A stretch of 61,027 nucleotides of DNA, the filler included, from Chloroflexota bacterium (GTDB lineage: Bacteria > Chloroflexota > Chloroflexia > QHBQ01), in assembly GCA_043754535.1 (NCBI GenBank). It is 5 parts of 4 records of this genome, joined end to end, with 100 filler letters (N's around TTAATTAATTAA, not from the genome) between each part and the next. Parts side by side here need not be neighbours in the genome. Positions count along the whole stretch, not along the records: positions 20,345 to 39,933 come from JAYUUN010000093.1; 4 more parts are not named here. One strand, 5' to 3'. A program made the position numbers and the translations under genes. This document shows, in pieces, positions 20,479 through 29,851 of the stretch. Position 1 is the stretch's first letter, and each line of letters opens with the position of its first letter. The notes under the pieces are model-generated. The model had not been told where the DNA came from and ran no database searches. It saw only the letters and a program-made list of their open reading frames with translations.

Positions 20479-20512
20479 ACTGGCCCCCGCTTCTCCAGCG
20501 GGGGCCAGTTTT
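20479..20512 (+). terminator. terminator after a truncated upstream ORF
   Basis: ACTGGCCCC(C)GCT..AGCGGGGCCAGT followed by TTT. Confidence 0.65.
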
Positions 20513-20530
20513 GCGCGCTCTTTTGGCGAC

Positions 20531-20559
20531 TTGACGAAAACCGCCTGGCTGCCTATAAT
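20531..20559 (+). promoter_or_regulatory. sigma70 promoter of the ECF operon
   Basis: TTGACG-17-TATAAT. Confidence 0.7.
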
Positions 20560-20620
20560 GGGGGTAGGCCAGCACGTTTGGCAACGAAGCGGCGCGACAG
20601 AGAGCGACGGAGGTAGGGCA

Positions 20621-21202
20621 ATGGATGCAGCCGTACTGGAACAAGCGAAGCAGGGCGATGCCGACGCATTCGCTGTGATCTACGAGCAGTATCATCTGGC
20701 AATCCACAATTACGCCTATCGGCTGCTGGGCAACCAGGAGCAGGCCGACGATGTAACCCAGGAGAGCTTCATTCGCGCCTACCAACACCTGCGCGAGCTA
20801 CGCGACGAGGCGGGGCTGCAAGCCTGGCTCTACCGCATCGCCTCCAACATCTGCATGGACAGCCTGCGCCGCCGCCGCATTATCTCCTGGCTGCCGCTGC
20901 GTCATGATAATGACGACGACGAGCAGCACGGTAGCCGCAATGAGCAGGATGCCCAGGTGCCACCTACCCCTGATTTCAGCATCCAGTACGCCGAGTCCGA
21001 TCTTGTCCACAAGGCTCTCGCTCTGCTACCCCCCCCGCTAGCCACCTGCCTGGTGCTACGTACCGTCGAAGGCTTCTCCTGCGAGGAGATCGCCGACATC
21101 CTCAAGATACCACGTGGCACCGTCTGGAGTCGGCTGGCCCGCGCCCGCGAACTGTTCGTTGCTAGCTACAACCAGGTGAGCCACGAACTGGGAGGCAGAT
21201 AG
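20621..21202 (+). CDS. ECF RNA polymerase sigma factor
   Basis: GDADAF, ADDVTQESFIRAY, WLYRIASN, region 4 EEIADILKIPRGTVWSRLARAR; GGAGG RBS. Confidence 0.93.
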   Translation: MDAAVLEQAKQGDADAFAVIYEQYHLAIHNYAYRLLGNQEQADDVTQESFIRAYQHLRELRDEAGLQAWLYRIASNICMDSLRRRRIISWLPLRHDNDDDEQHGSRNEQDAQVPPTPDFSIQYAESDLVHKALALLPPPLATCLVLRTVEGFSCEEIADILKIPRGTVWSRLARARELFVASYNQVSHELGGR

Positions 21203-21204
21203 AG

Positions 21205-24200
21205 TTGGGTTGTTCCGGCTACAAAGACCTCCTCTCTCGCTACATAGATAATGAACTAAGTAAGCGTGAGCGCGAAGAACTACTTGCACACCTGCAACAT
21301 TGTAGCAAGTGCAGCCACGCCCTGGCAAAGTACCGGCAAGTGGAGAGCCTGCTGGCCCAACCTGGCCGCGAGGAAACGAGGCCGAACCCAGCGGTGCGCG
21401 ACCGCGTGTTGGAGGCAATCCGTCCCGCCAGCCAGCAGCCTCCCCGCCCCCTGCGCCTCCCCGCCCACCGGGGCCGCCTGCGCTGGGTGGGACTGCTTGC
21501 CCTGACCAGCGCAACCTTCATCTTCACCGTACTGCTGGCCCAAAGCCAGACGGGGTTTCTCACCAACTTGCTGACCAGCCCGCCCAAGCCGAGCAGCACA
21601 CCCGACTTTGGTGCTACTGCGCTGGTCAGCAAGGCAGCTACTGCTACCTCGGTCGCTGCCCTACCGCCCGCCCATGTGGTCAGCGTGCAGCCAACCACCA
21701 GCCCGCTGGCTCTCGACCAGCCGATTGTTGCCCGCTTCGACGTGGCGATGATGCAGACCTCAGTGGAGGAAGCCTGGCAGATCGCGCCGCCTGTCCCTGG
21801 TAGCTTCCTCTGGACAGCCGACAACGAGCTAACTTTCCAGCCCTACAGCCTCGGCTATCTGCCCGGCATCACCTATACCCTGACGATCAGCAACACCGCG
21901 CATGGCAGCACCAACGGCGCACTGATCACCCCGGTCGTCTACAGTTGGATGACACGGCCAGCACCCCGCCTGCTTAGCCACGAGCCAGCCGAGTTCGCCA
22001 GCAGCACGCCGCTGACCGCCCCACTTACCCTGCGCTTTGATCGCTCGATGCAGCACGCTGCTGTGCAGGCCGCCTTCAGCCTCAGCCCCAGCCAGCAGCT
22101 TGAGTGGACATGGGCGGCAGACAGCCAGAGTGCGACAGTGCAGCCGACCACACCCCTCAATCCCAACCTGGCCTACGTGGCTACCCTCGGCCATGCTGCC
22201 CTCGACAGCAGTGGGGTTAGCATTGGCCGCGACCAGGCCTGGCGGTTCAGCACAGCAAGCCTGGCCCAGCTGACGTTTGCTGCGACCACCCTGGCGGGCA
22301 ACATAGTACTACCCCTCGCCTATAGCCCGGCTGCGAGCTACAGCCTCACCTACACCCTCACCCGCCCAACCCTGACTGCCACCAACTTGCGCTTCGACCT
22401 CTACCATGTGATCCCCACTGCGGTCGCCTTTGGCAGCCGCGCCGATCAGCGCACCCTGCTTGCCAGCTTCGCCGCCCCCGCCGAGGGCAGTAGCTCCTTG
22501 ACCGCCATCCTCGCCTTCGACCTGCCAGCAGTGGGTGACTATCTCCTGTTGCCCCAAATCGAGGGGGACGACCTGTTCAACCGCACGGTGCAGGGCTGCC
22601 TGCTGATCGTCGGGGCAGAACAGGTGCGGGTGGAACAGGTTGGCGCACAGGTGATCCTCTGGGCTACTAGTGGGGGGGCAGTGGTAGCAGGGCTGGCCCA
22701 GTTCTACGACGCGCAAGGGGTGCTGCTGGACAGCGGCCCAACCGATGCAACTGGTAGCTACCTGACCACCCTTGCTCCCGGCGTGCGGCCCGCCTTTGCT
22801 GCCCTGCGAGTAGGAGACCAGATACGCGCAGTGCTGCCGCTCGACGGCCAGCCTGCCCCCGCCAGTACCGCTCGCCTCTATGCCTACAGCGACCAGCGCA
22901 GCTACCAGCATGGGGAGAGCAAGATCAACTTCAAGGCGATCCTTTTTCTCGGTGACAGCGCAGGCTATAAACCTGCTGTGGGCGAGACCACGATCAACGT
23001 CGCCCTAGAAGATGCGGCGGGCGCACAGATTGCCAGCACTGCCTTGCGGCCCGACGACTTTGGCGCGGTCAGCGGCTCCTTTCCACTGTTGACGGGCCTG
23101 CTGGGGGGCTGGTACAGCCTGAAGGCGACCGCCCTCGACCAACAGTACAGCCAACCCCTCTACGTGCAGGGCGGCTTCGGCTGGCAGAGCGCAGAGCAGC
23201 TAGCGAATGCCGCTCCGCTACCCCCCCCCCGCAGCGACGAGCCTGCCAACAACAGCCGCTTCACGGCAGCAGCCCGCAGCTACCAGGTGGGCGAGACCGC
23301 CGCCCTCACCCTCACCCTACCAACGGCACCGACCACCCCAATGGCGGGGCTGCTGCTGCTGCGCCGTGATGGGATGATCAGCCGCCAGCCAGTGGTGATC
23401 ACGGCGGCGGAGAGTAGTTTCAGCTTGCCGCTGCCCACTGCTGCCCAGCCACTGGCGGTAGCAGAACTACTGCTGGCGGATGGCAGCGGCAGCCTGCGAG
23501 TGCCAGTGCAGGTAGGGGCGCGCAACCCATTGCTAGACGTGCGGCTGGGCCTGCCCGCCAACATCCATCCTGGCACGCCAACTACCCTCACCCTCGCCCT
23601 GAGTAATGGCGGCCAGCCGAAGCGGGGCAGCGTCAGCCTGGCGATCAGCAGCCAGCCTGCCGCTGACAGCCTACCCTCTTACTTCTACCCCCCCTTCAGC
23701 CTGGGGCTGGTGGGACAGAGCGAGCCGGGTAGCGTCGCTTACTGGAACGCCAACCTGGTGGTCAGCGAGAGTGGTGTGCTGACTGTCCCCTTCGTGCTAC
23801 CCAACGACGCGGCAGGGGGCTGGTGGCTAACGGCGCGGGCTATTGGGGACGACGGGGCAGTAGGCGAGACGGTTAGCCGCCTGACAGCGGTCGAGCCGCT
23901 CAGCCTGCGCCCGCTCACCCCCACCTATTTTGTGCAGGGGGATCGTGCTACCGTTGGCGTGCGGCTGCACAATAGCACCGGGCTGCCGCTCAAGGGCCGC
24001 GTCACTCTTAGTTCGGACGGCCTCACCTTCCTCAAACTCAATACCCTCCCCGCCGCTCAGGACGTGCTGATCGCTCCCTTCAGCGACCGCGATGTACAGT
24101 GGAGGGTCGAGATGCGGCGCAGCGGCAATGTTGACCTAGTGTTCGACTTTGCGGCTAACAGCGACGGTAGCCGCGAGTTGGGCCTGCTGCTGGATAGCTC

Positions 24201-26022
24201 CCGCGAGTTGCGCGTCCTCGTGCGCCCAGTCAGCCCACCCATCGTTAGCGCACTCGCGGGCGTGGCCGAGGAGGGGCAGCCGCTCACCTTCACCATCGCT
24301 AGCAATCTCGCCAGCGATCTCAGTCGGGTGGAGCTAGAAGTCGCGCCGTCACTAGCCGCCTTCCTGCTTGGCAGCATAGAGGCGATGACGGACGCGCCAG
24401 CCACGGGGGTGGAGCAGATCAGCAGCCAGGCGGCCAGCGTCGCTAGCCTCGATCTCGCCCTGCGCCAGTTGCGCTACAGTAGGCTGACCCTTGCCCCCGC
24501 CAGTGCCATGCTAGCCCGCACCTTGCCGCTAGTCTACGCCAGCCAGCAGGCAGATGGTAGCTGGCTGCTGGCTGGTAAGTCGGACTTCAGCACGACAGCC
24601 CTCACCCTGCACAACCTTGCGCGGCTGCGTGACAGCGGTGTGCCACCCGACAACAGGGTTAGCAGCCACGCGGTTGCCTACCTGCGGTCGCAACTACCCA
24701 CCTTGCAGGGAGAAGACCTGGCCTACGCTTACTACGTGCTGGCTCTCTACGGGGCCGCCGACCTTGATGAGGTGCGCCCGCTGCTCGCCGCCCCGCTCGA
24801 CTCCTTCGGGCAGGCCGCCCTGATCCTTGCCCTCGACAAGCTGGGCGACCGCTCTGCTGCCCGCCTGCTCGCTCGCCTGCTCAGTAGTCAGGCGATGCTC
24901 GACGCACAGGGGGCGCACTGGCTGGCCGCCTCTGCCCCGGCCAATCTTACCAGCGCAACCGTGCTGCTTGCCCTCAGTGGCAGCCTCAGCGATGACCCGA
25001 ATATTGGGCGAGGGGTACGCTGGCTGGCAGCCCAGCGGGTGGCTGGGGGCTGGGGTTCGCCACGTAGCGACGCAGCCGCCCTCGAAGCTCTTAGCAACTA
25101 TGCAGCGGCGACCAACGACGGCCAGATCATCAGCCTGGCTAATCGACCTGCCGAGGGCGATGGCCCTGCCGTTGGTGGATCGCGCCCAGCCAACCAGGCA
25201 CGCAGCTACCGGGCCTACCTGAATGGCACGCTGCTCAACGAGGCGGATGGCAAGCTGACCTCCAGCCCGCTCGACGACCGTACCCGCCTCAAGTTGCCCC
25301 TCGATCAGCTACACAGCGGCGCGAACGTCCTTCGCCTGGCAACGCAGGAAGGGGTGCCGCTCTACTATGCCCTGATCCTGGTCGCTTACCCAGCGATCAA
25401 CGCCAGCTTTGGCGCGAGTGACGAGCAGGCAGGCCAGTTCGCAGGCAACCCCCGCACCGTCTCGGCCAGCGAAGGGAGCGACCTGCGCCTGGAACGCAGC
25501 TACAGCCGCCTGGCTGGTAGTGGCCCGCTCAAGCCGGGTGATCTCGTGCGTGTAGCCCTGACGGTGACGGCTGGCATCCCCCTGAGCGGGCTGATGGTCA
25601 ACGACTACCTGCCAGCGGGCCTGACCCTCTCTGGCCCAGAGTGGCCTGCGCCCACTCCCCGGCGGCAGGCCGGTGCTTTTGGCGAGGACGAGGTGGCTAG
25701 TGACCAGCCCGCCACTACGCCGCAGGGGTTTGGCGCAGAGCAAGGGCAGGTTAGCTACTATCTGCCGGAGGTGGAGGCAGGGCCGGGGGTCAGCTACCGC
25801 TTCACCTACCTGGCCCAGGCCAGCAGCTATGGAATCTTCATCGCCCCCCCCGCCACCGTTTCGGGACGAATGGGCAGCACAGCACACACGGCCAGCGACG
25901 TGATCACCATCGAACAGGAGGATGCGGCGAAGTTATGGAGAAGTTCATCATCGAAGGCGGCCACCACCTCAGCGGCACGATCCGCCCGGCGGGGAACAAG
26001 AACGCAGCCCTACCCTTGCTAG
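21205..26022 (+). CDS. zinc-finger anti-sigma factor fused to Ig-like (Big_5) domains and alpha-2-macroglobulin
   Basis: LSRYIDNEL..HLQHCSKC (HxxxCxxC), one TM, two Big_5-like repeats, MG2-like SDQRSYQHGE, A2M AYWNANL..PTYFVQGD, TED-like QQADGSW, C-terminal GDLVRV..DYLPAGL. Confidence 0.85.
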   Translation: MGCSGYKDLLSRYIDNELSKREREELLAHLQHCSKCSHALAKYRQVESLLAQPGREETRPNPAVRDRVLEAIRPASQQPPRPLRLPAHRGRLRWVGLLALTSATFIFTVLLAQSQTGFLTNLLTSPPKPSSTPDFGATALVSKAATATSVAALPPAHVVSVQPTTSPLALDQPIVARFDVAMMQTSVEEAWQIAPPVPGSFLWTADNELTFQPYSLGYLPGITYTLTISNTAHGSTNGALITPVVYSWMTRPAPRLLSHEPAEFASSTPLTAPLTLRFDRSMQHAAVQAAFSLSPSQQLEWTWAADSQSATVQPTTPLNPNLAYVATLGHAALDSSGVSIGRDQAWRFSTASLAQLTFAATTLAGNIVLPLAYSPAASYSLTYTLTRPTLTATNLRFDLYHVIPTAVAFGSRADQRTLLASFAAPAEGSSSLTAILAFDLPAVGDYLLLPQIEGDDLFNRTVQGCLLIVGAEQVRVEQVGAQVILWATSGGAVVAGLAQFYDAQGVLLDSGPTDATGSYLTTLAPGVRPAFAALRVGDQIRAVLPLDGQPAPASTARLYAYSDQRSYQHGESKINFKAILFLGDSAGYKPAVGETTINVALEDAAGAQIASTALRPDDFGAVSGSFPLLTGLLGGWYSLKATALDQQYSQPLYVQGGFGWQSAEQLANAAPLPPPRSDEPANNSRFTAAARSYQVGETAALTLTLPTAPTTPMAGLLLLRRDGMISRQPVVITAAESSFSLPLPTAAQPLAVAELLLADGSGSLRVPVQVGARNPLLDVRLGLPANIHPGTPTTLTLALSNGGQPKRGSVSLAISSQPAADSLPSYFYPPFSLGLVGQSEPGSVAYWNANLVVSESGVLTVPFVLPNDAAGGWWLTARAIGDDGAVGETVSRLTAVEPLSLRPLTPTYFVQGDRATVGVRLHNSTGLPLKGRVTLSSDGLTFLKLNTLPAAQDVLIAPFSDRDVQWRVEMRRSGNVDLVFDFAANSDGSRELGLLLDSSRELRVLVRPVSPPIVSALAGVAEEGQPLTFTIASNLASDLSRVELEVAPSLAAFLLGSIEAMTDAPATGVEQISSQAASVASLDLALRQLRYSRLTLAPASAMLARTLPLVYASQQADGSWLLAGKSDFSTTALTLHNLARLRDSGVPPDNRVSSHAVAYLRSQLPTLQGEDLAYAYYVLALYGAADLDEVRPLLAAPLDSFGQAALILALDKLGDRSAARLLARLLSSQAMLDAQGAHWLAASAPANLTSATVLLALSGSLSDDPNIGRGVRWLAAQRVAGGWGSPRSDAAALEALSNYAAATNDGQIISLANRPAEGDGPAVGGSRPANQARSYRAYLNGTLLNEADGKLTSSPLDDRTRLKLPLDQLHSGANVLRLATQEGVPLYYALILVAYPAINASFGASDEQAGQFAGNPRTVSASEGSDLRLERSYSRLAGSGPLKPGDLVRVALTVTAGIPLSGLMVNDYLPAGLTLSGPEWPAPTPRRQAGAFGEDEVASDQPATTPQGFGAEQGQVSYYLPEVEAGPGVSYRFTYLAQASSYGIFIAPPATVSGRMGSTAHTASDVITIEQEDAAKLWRSSSSKAATTSAARSARRGTRTQPYPC

Positions 26023-27236
26023 CCGCTTGCCTCCTCAGCGAGGAGACGATTACCTTCCACAATATGCCACAGATCGGTGACGTGCATACGATGCTGGCAA
26101 TCCTCGACGATCTCGGCGTGACGGTCAACACCGACCGCTGGCGAGGCGAAGGGGTGGTCAGCCTCACCGCTGCCGAAATCCGCAAGAGCGAGCCAGACCC
26201 CACTCTAGCCCGCAAGATACGCGCTTCCCTGGTGCTGATGGGGCCGATGCTAGCCCGCCTGGGGCAGGTGAAGATGGGCCACCCAGGAGGCGACCCGATT
26301 GGCAGCAGGCCAGTGGATACCCACTTTCAGGCACTCGGCGCGCTCGGTGCAGCCTGGGAGGTGGGCCGCACCACGTACACGCTCAGTGCAGCCCAGGGCT
26401 TGCATGGAGCCGACATCTTCCTGGTGCAGGCCAGCGTGACTGGCACAGAAAACGCGATCATGGCGGCAGTGCTGGCGGCTGGGCGTACTACTATCCTCAA
26501 TGCAGCCAGCGAACCGCACGTACAGGAACTCTGTCACTTCCTCAACAAGCTGGGGGCGCAAATCACGGGTGTGGGCAGCAACCAGCTAACCATTGACGGT
26601 GTGGCCCGCCTGAGTGGCGGCGAGCATACCATCGAGAGCGACTACATCGAGGTGGGCAGCTACATCGGGCTGGCGGCGATCACGGGCAGCGAACTGCTGA
26701 TCAAGGATGCGGTGCCACAGCATATGCGGATGACGCGGCTGATGTTCGAGCGGTTGGGGGTTCGTAGCGAGGTGCGCGGCGGCGATCTGTTTGTGCCTGG
26801 CGGTCAGCAGTTGAGGGTCAGCTACGACGTGCATGGTGGGGTGGCCTACATCGACGACGCACCCTGGCCTGGCTTCCCCGCCGACGTGATGAGCATCGCG
26901 CTGACGGTGGCGACCCAAGCTGAGGGGACGATCTTGATCTTCGAGAAGATGTTTGATGCCCGCCTGTTCTTTGTGGACAAGCTGAACAGCATGGGCGCAC
27001 GGATCATCCTCTGCGACCCCCATCGGGCGGTGGTGATCGGCCCAGCCCGCCTGCACGGGGAGGAGCTATCCAGCCCCGACATCCGTGCCGGCATGGCCTT
27101 GCTGCTGGCTGCCCTCTCAGCCGAGGGGACGAGTACGATCTTCAACGTGCAGCAGATCGACCGGGGCTACGAGCGGATCGAGGAGCGGCTGCAAGCCCTG
27201 GGTGCGCGGATCGAACGCCAGCCGGTCGCGGACTAG
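25935..27236 (+). CDS. murA: UDP-N-acetylglucosamine 1-carboxyvinyltransferase
   Basis: GNKNAALP, RAS, PGGDPIGSRP, SVTGTEN, PWPGFPAD, DIRAG, IDRGYE. Confidence 0.95.
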   Translation: MEKFIIEGGHHLSGTIRPAGNKNAALPLLAACLLSEETITFHNMPQIGDVHTMLAILDDLGVTVNTDRWRGEGVVSLTAAEIRKSEPDPTLARKIRASLVLMGPMLARLGQVKMGHPGGDPIGSRPVDTHFQALGALGAAWEVGRTTYTLSAAQGLHGADIFLVQASVTGTENAIMAAVLAAGRTTILNAASEPHVQELCHFLNKLGAQITGVGSNQLTIDGVARLSGGEHTIESDYIEVGSYIGLAAITGSELLIKDAVPQHMRMTRLMFERLGVRSEVRGGDLFVPGGQQLRVSYDVHGGVAYIDDAPWPGFPADVMSIALTVATQAEGTILIFEKMFDARLFFVDKLNSMGARIILCDPHRAVVIGPARLHGEELSSPDIRAGMALLLAALSAEGTSTIFNVQQIDRGYERIEERLQALGARIERQPVAD

Positions 27237-27269
27237 TAGCGGTAGCCCTTCACCAGACACAGGAGCAGC

Positions 27270-28232
27270 ATGGCAGCAATCACCAACTTTGAGCAGTTGC
27301 GGGCGGAGGCGAAGCGGCGCGGGCCGCTGACGGTGGCAGTCGCCGCTGCTCAGCAGTATTCGAGCATTGAGGCGGCCCGCGAAGCCTGCGACGCAGGGAT
27401 CGCCAATGCGATCCTGGTTGGTGACGAGGAGCAAATCCGCAAGATCGCGGCGGAGAACGCGGTCAGTCTGGATGGCTTGCGCGTCATAGACGTGCCAGAG
27501 GTACACGAGGCGGCGCGGGAGGCCGTGCGCCTCGTCCACGACGGCACCGCCCAAATCCTAATGAAGGGCAAGCTGGAGACGGCAGACCTGCTGCGCGCCG
27601 CTCTCAACAAGGAGGCGGGGCTGCGGGCTGGCGCGCTGCTGACGGTGGTGTGGGTAGGTGAGATACCGGGCTTTGGCCGCCTGCTGTTCATCAGCGACCC
27701 TGGCGTGGTGATCAGGCCGACGATTGACCAGAAGGTAGATATTGTACAGAACGCGATCAATGTCGCTCTGCGCCTGGGGCTGATTGAGCCGAAGGTGGCG
27801 GTGCTGGCTGCGCTGGATATGGTCAGCCCGACGATCCCAACCACGGTGGATGCAGCCAACTTGAGCAAGATGGCGGATCGCGGCCAGATTACTGGGGGTT
27901 ATGTGGATGGGCCGCTGGGCTTTGATACTGCGATTTCGCCAGCCGCTGCCCTGGCGCATGGCTTGCGCGGACCAGTTGCTGGTCAGGCTGATATCTTGAT
28001 CGTGCCAGATATTGAGGCGGGTAACGTGCTAGTCAAGGGGCTAACTTACTTCGCTGGGGCAGCCAGCGCAGTGATAGTCGCAGGCGCACGCGCTCCCATC
28101 GTGATCACCAGCCGGGCCGACCCGCCGGAAACCAAGCTGACCAGCATCGCCCTCGCCGCCCTGCTAGCCAGCAGTCCACTGCCTCTCCACGAGACGATCC
28201 TCACCCTCGCCGACGTGCAGCAGCGCAGTTGA
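27270..28232 (+). CDS. ptb: phosphate butyryltransferase (second paralog)
   Basis: LMKG, VDGPLGFDTAIS, ADILIVPDIEAGN, TSRAD; clearly similar to 285..1190. Confidence 0.85.
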   Translation: MAAITNFEQLRAEAKRRGPLTVAVAAAQQYSSIEAAREACDAGIANAILVGDEEQIRKIAAENAVSLDGLRVIDVPEVHEAAREAVRLVHDGTAQILMKGKLETADLLRAALNKEAGLRAGALLTVVWVGEIPGFGRLLFISDPGVVIRPTIDQKVDIVQNAINVALRLGLIEPKVAVLAALDMVSPTIPTTVDAANLSKMADRGQITGGYVDGPLGFDTAISPAAALAHGLRGPVAGQADILIVPDIEAGNVLVKGLTYFAGAASAVIVAGARAPIVITSRADPPETKLTSIALAALLASSPLPLHETILTLADVQQRS

Positions 28233-28363
28233 GCGGCTAGATGTTCGCGCTTAGCGATTGTGAACCGCTACTCTCCGCAAACCTCTTTCCCCTGAACGCC
28301 ACAGATCGTGTATAATCACACAGGTACAACCGAACCAAACCACAACTGGAGAGGAGACCTGCT

Positions 28364-28810
28364 ATGAAGCTCAAGCTGCACCGCACAGTCCGCACGCCGC
28401 ACTCCGAGGAGATTTACGTCTACGACCTGGATGAGAAGGATGACGCGGGCGAACCGCTGGATATCGGCAAGATGGACTTGCACTACACCGAAGATCAGAT
28501 CGTCGGTACCCTCTTGCTCTGGCAAGATTGGCAAGAGGGCGTGGGCGCAAGCCTGGACTTGCAGGCGGTAGTGGACGAAATCTTGGAGGAAATCTCCGAG
28601 CCGCTGGGCGTACCTGCCGAGTATGACATCGAGTACTACCTCTGCAACCGCGACAGCCGCCAGTTTGTCAGCAATATTGACGACGACTTTGACGAGATGT
28701 ACGACAGCGATGACATCTACGGCGATGAGGAGGCCGACGAGGCGGATGAGAGCAACACCAGCGACCCCACCACCCGGCAGGCCAACGCCAACACCGACAG
28801 CAACAAGTAG
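28364..28810 (+). CDS. highly acidic hypothetical protein
   Basis: AGGAG RBS, upstream TATAAT; D/E-rich 148-aa ORF. Confidence 0.75.
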   Translation: MKLKLHRTVRTPHSEEIYVYDLDEKDDAGEPLDIGKMDLHYTEDQIVGTLLLWQDWQEGVGASLDLQAVVDEILEEISEPLGVPAEYDIEYYLCNRDSRQFVSNIDDDFDEMYDSDDIYGDEEADEADESNTSDPTTRQANANTDSNK

Positions 28811-28895
28811 ACCTGGGGCGCATGGCACGCACAACCGCAGATCAGGCAGGGGCGCACAGCAGTGCGCCCTTCATCTTTGTTGGGAGGGTTGAACT

Positions 28896-29774
28896 ATGAG
28901 TCCCTTCTTCCAGTTCCGCAACCTCGCTGCCCAGGCTGGCTTGCGCCACGCAATCACCCGACGCTGGCGACCACAGCCCGACGGCACGCTGGTCGAGTTC
29001 AACCTCGGCTACCGCTCCGCCGCCCATCGCCTAGAGGACACCGCCGCCAACTGGCGATACCTGGCCGCCGAGTTGGAGATCGAGCCAGCGCAGATCGTGG
29101 GGGCGCAGCAGGTGCATGGCGGCGTTGTTGCCCCGGTTGGCCGCGCCAATTGGGGGGCAGGTATTCGGCTGCAAGCCTTTGCCACCAGCGTAGAGGGCGC
29201 AGACGTGGTGGATCAGCCACCAGAGCAGCCCGCCGTTGCCAACGCTGACGGGCTGGTGACGGCGGTGCCGTACACCTGGCTGCTCTGCGCCTACGCTGAC
29301 TGTGCGCCACTGCTGGCATACGACCCCCGCCAACGGGCTGTTGGCCTGGCCCACGCGGGCTGGCGCGGGACGGTAGCCGGTATTGGCGCGGAGATGGTGC
29401 GCCAGATGGCCGCCACCTTCAGCAGCGATCCCGCCGACATCCTCTGTGGCATCGGCCCCGCCGCTGGGCCAGAGAGCTACCAGGTGAGCGAGGAGGTGAT
29501 CGCAGCAGTGCTAGCTGCCTTCCCCCACCAAGGGGAGACCCTGCTGAACTTTAGCGGGCAACCAGCGGGCCACGCCCTGCTCGACCTGTGGCAGGCTAAC
29601 CGCAGCACCCTGCTTGCCGTGGGCGTGCCAGCCGCCAACATCGAAGTGGCTGGCATCAGCACCCTGACCAATGCAGACCAGTTCTTCTCTGCTCGCGCCG
29701 ATGGTGGCTTGGCGGGCAGGTTCGTGGCGGTGATCGGGCTGCGGGGGGCAGATGCGCCAACTTTGCGCTCCTAG
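28896..29774 (+). CDS. pgeF: peptidoglycan editing factor / YfiH laccase-like protein
   Basis: QVHG, ADGLVT, ADCAP, HAGWRGT, IGP, FFSAR. Confidence 0.9.
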   Translation: MSPFFQFRNLAAQAGLRHAITRRWRPQPDGTLVEFNLGYRSAAHRLEDTAANWRYLAAELEIEPAQIVGAQQVHGGVVAPVGRANWGAGIRLQAFATSVEGADVVDQPPEQPAVANADGLVTAVPYTWLLCAYADCAPLLAYDPRQRAVGLAHAGWRGTVAGIGAEMVRQMAATFSSDPADILCGIGPAAGPESYQVSEEVIAAVLAAFPHQGETLLNFSGQPAGHALLDLWQANRSTLLAVGVPAANIEVAGISTLTNADQFFSARADGGLAGRFVAVIGLRGADAPTLRS

Positions 29775-29851
29775 CACGCTGCCCCGCGCTTGCCCGCTGC
29801 GTGCTATAATGGCTGGAGCCAAGATTACTTTAGCTAAAGGAGGGTAAGCGG

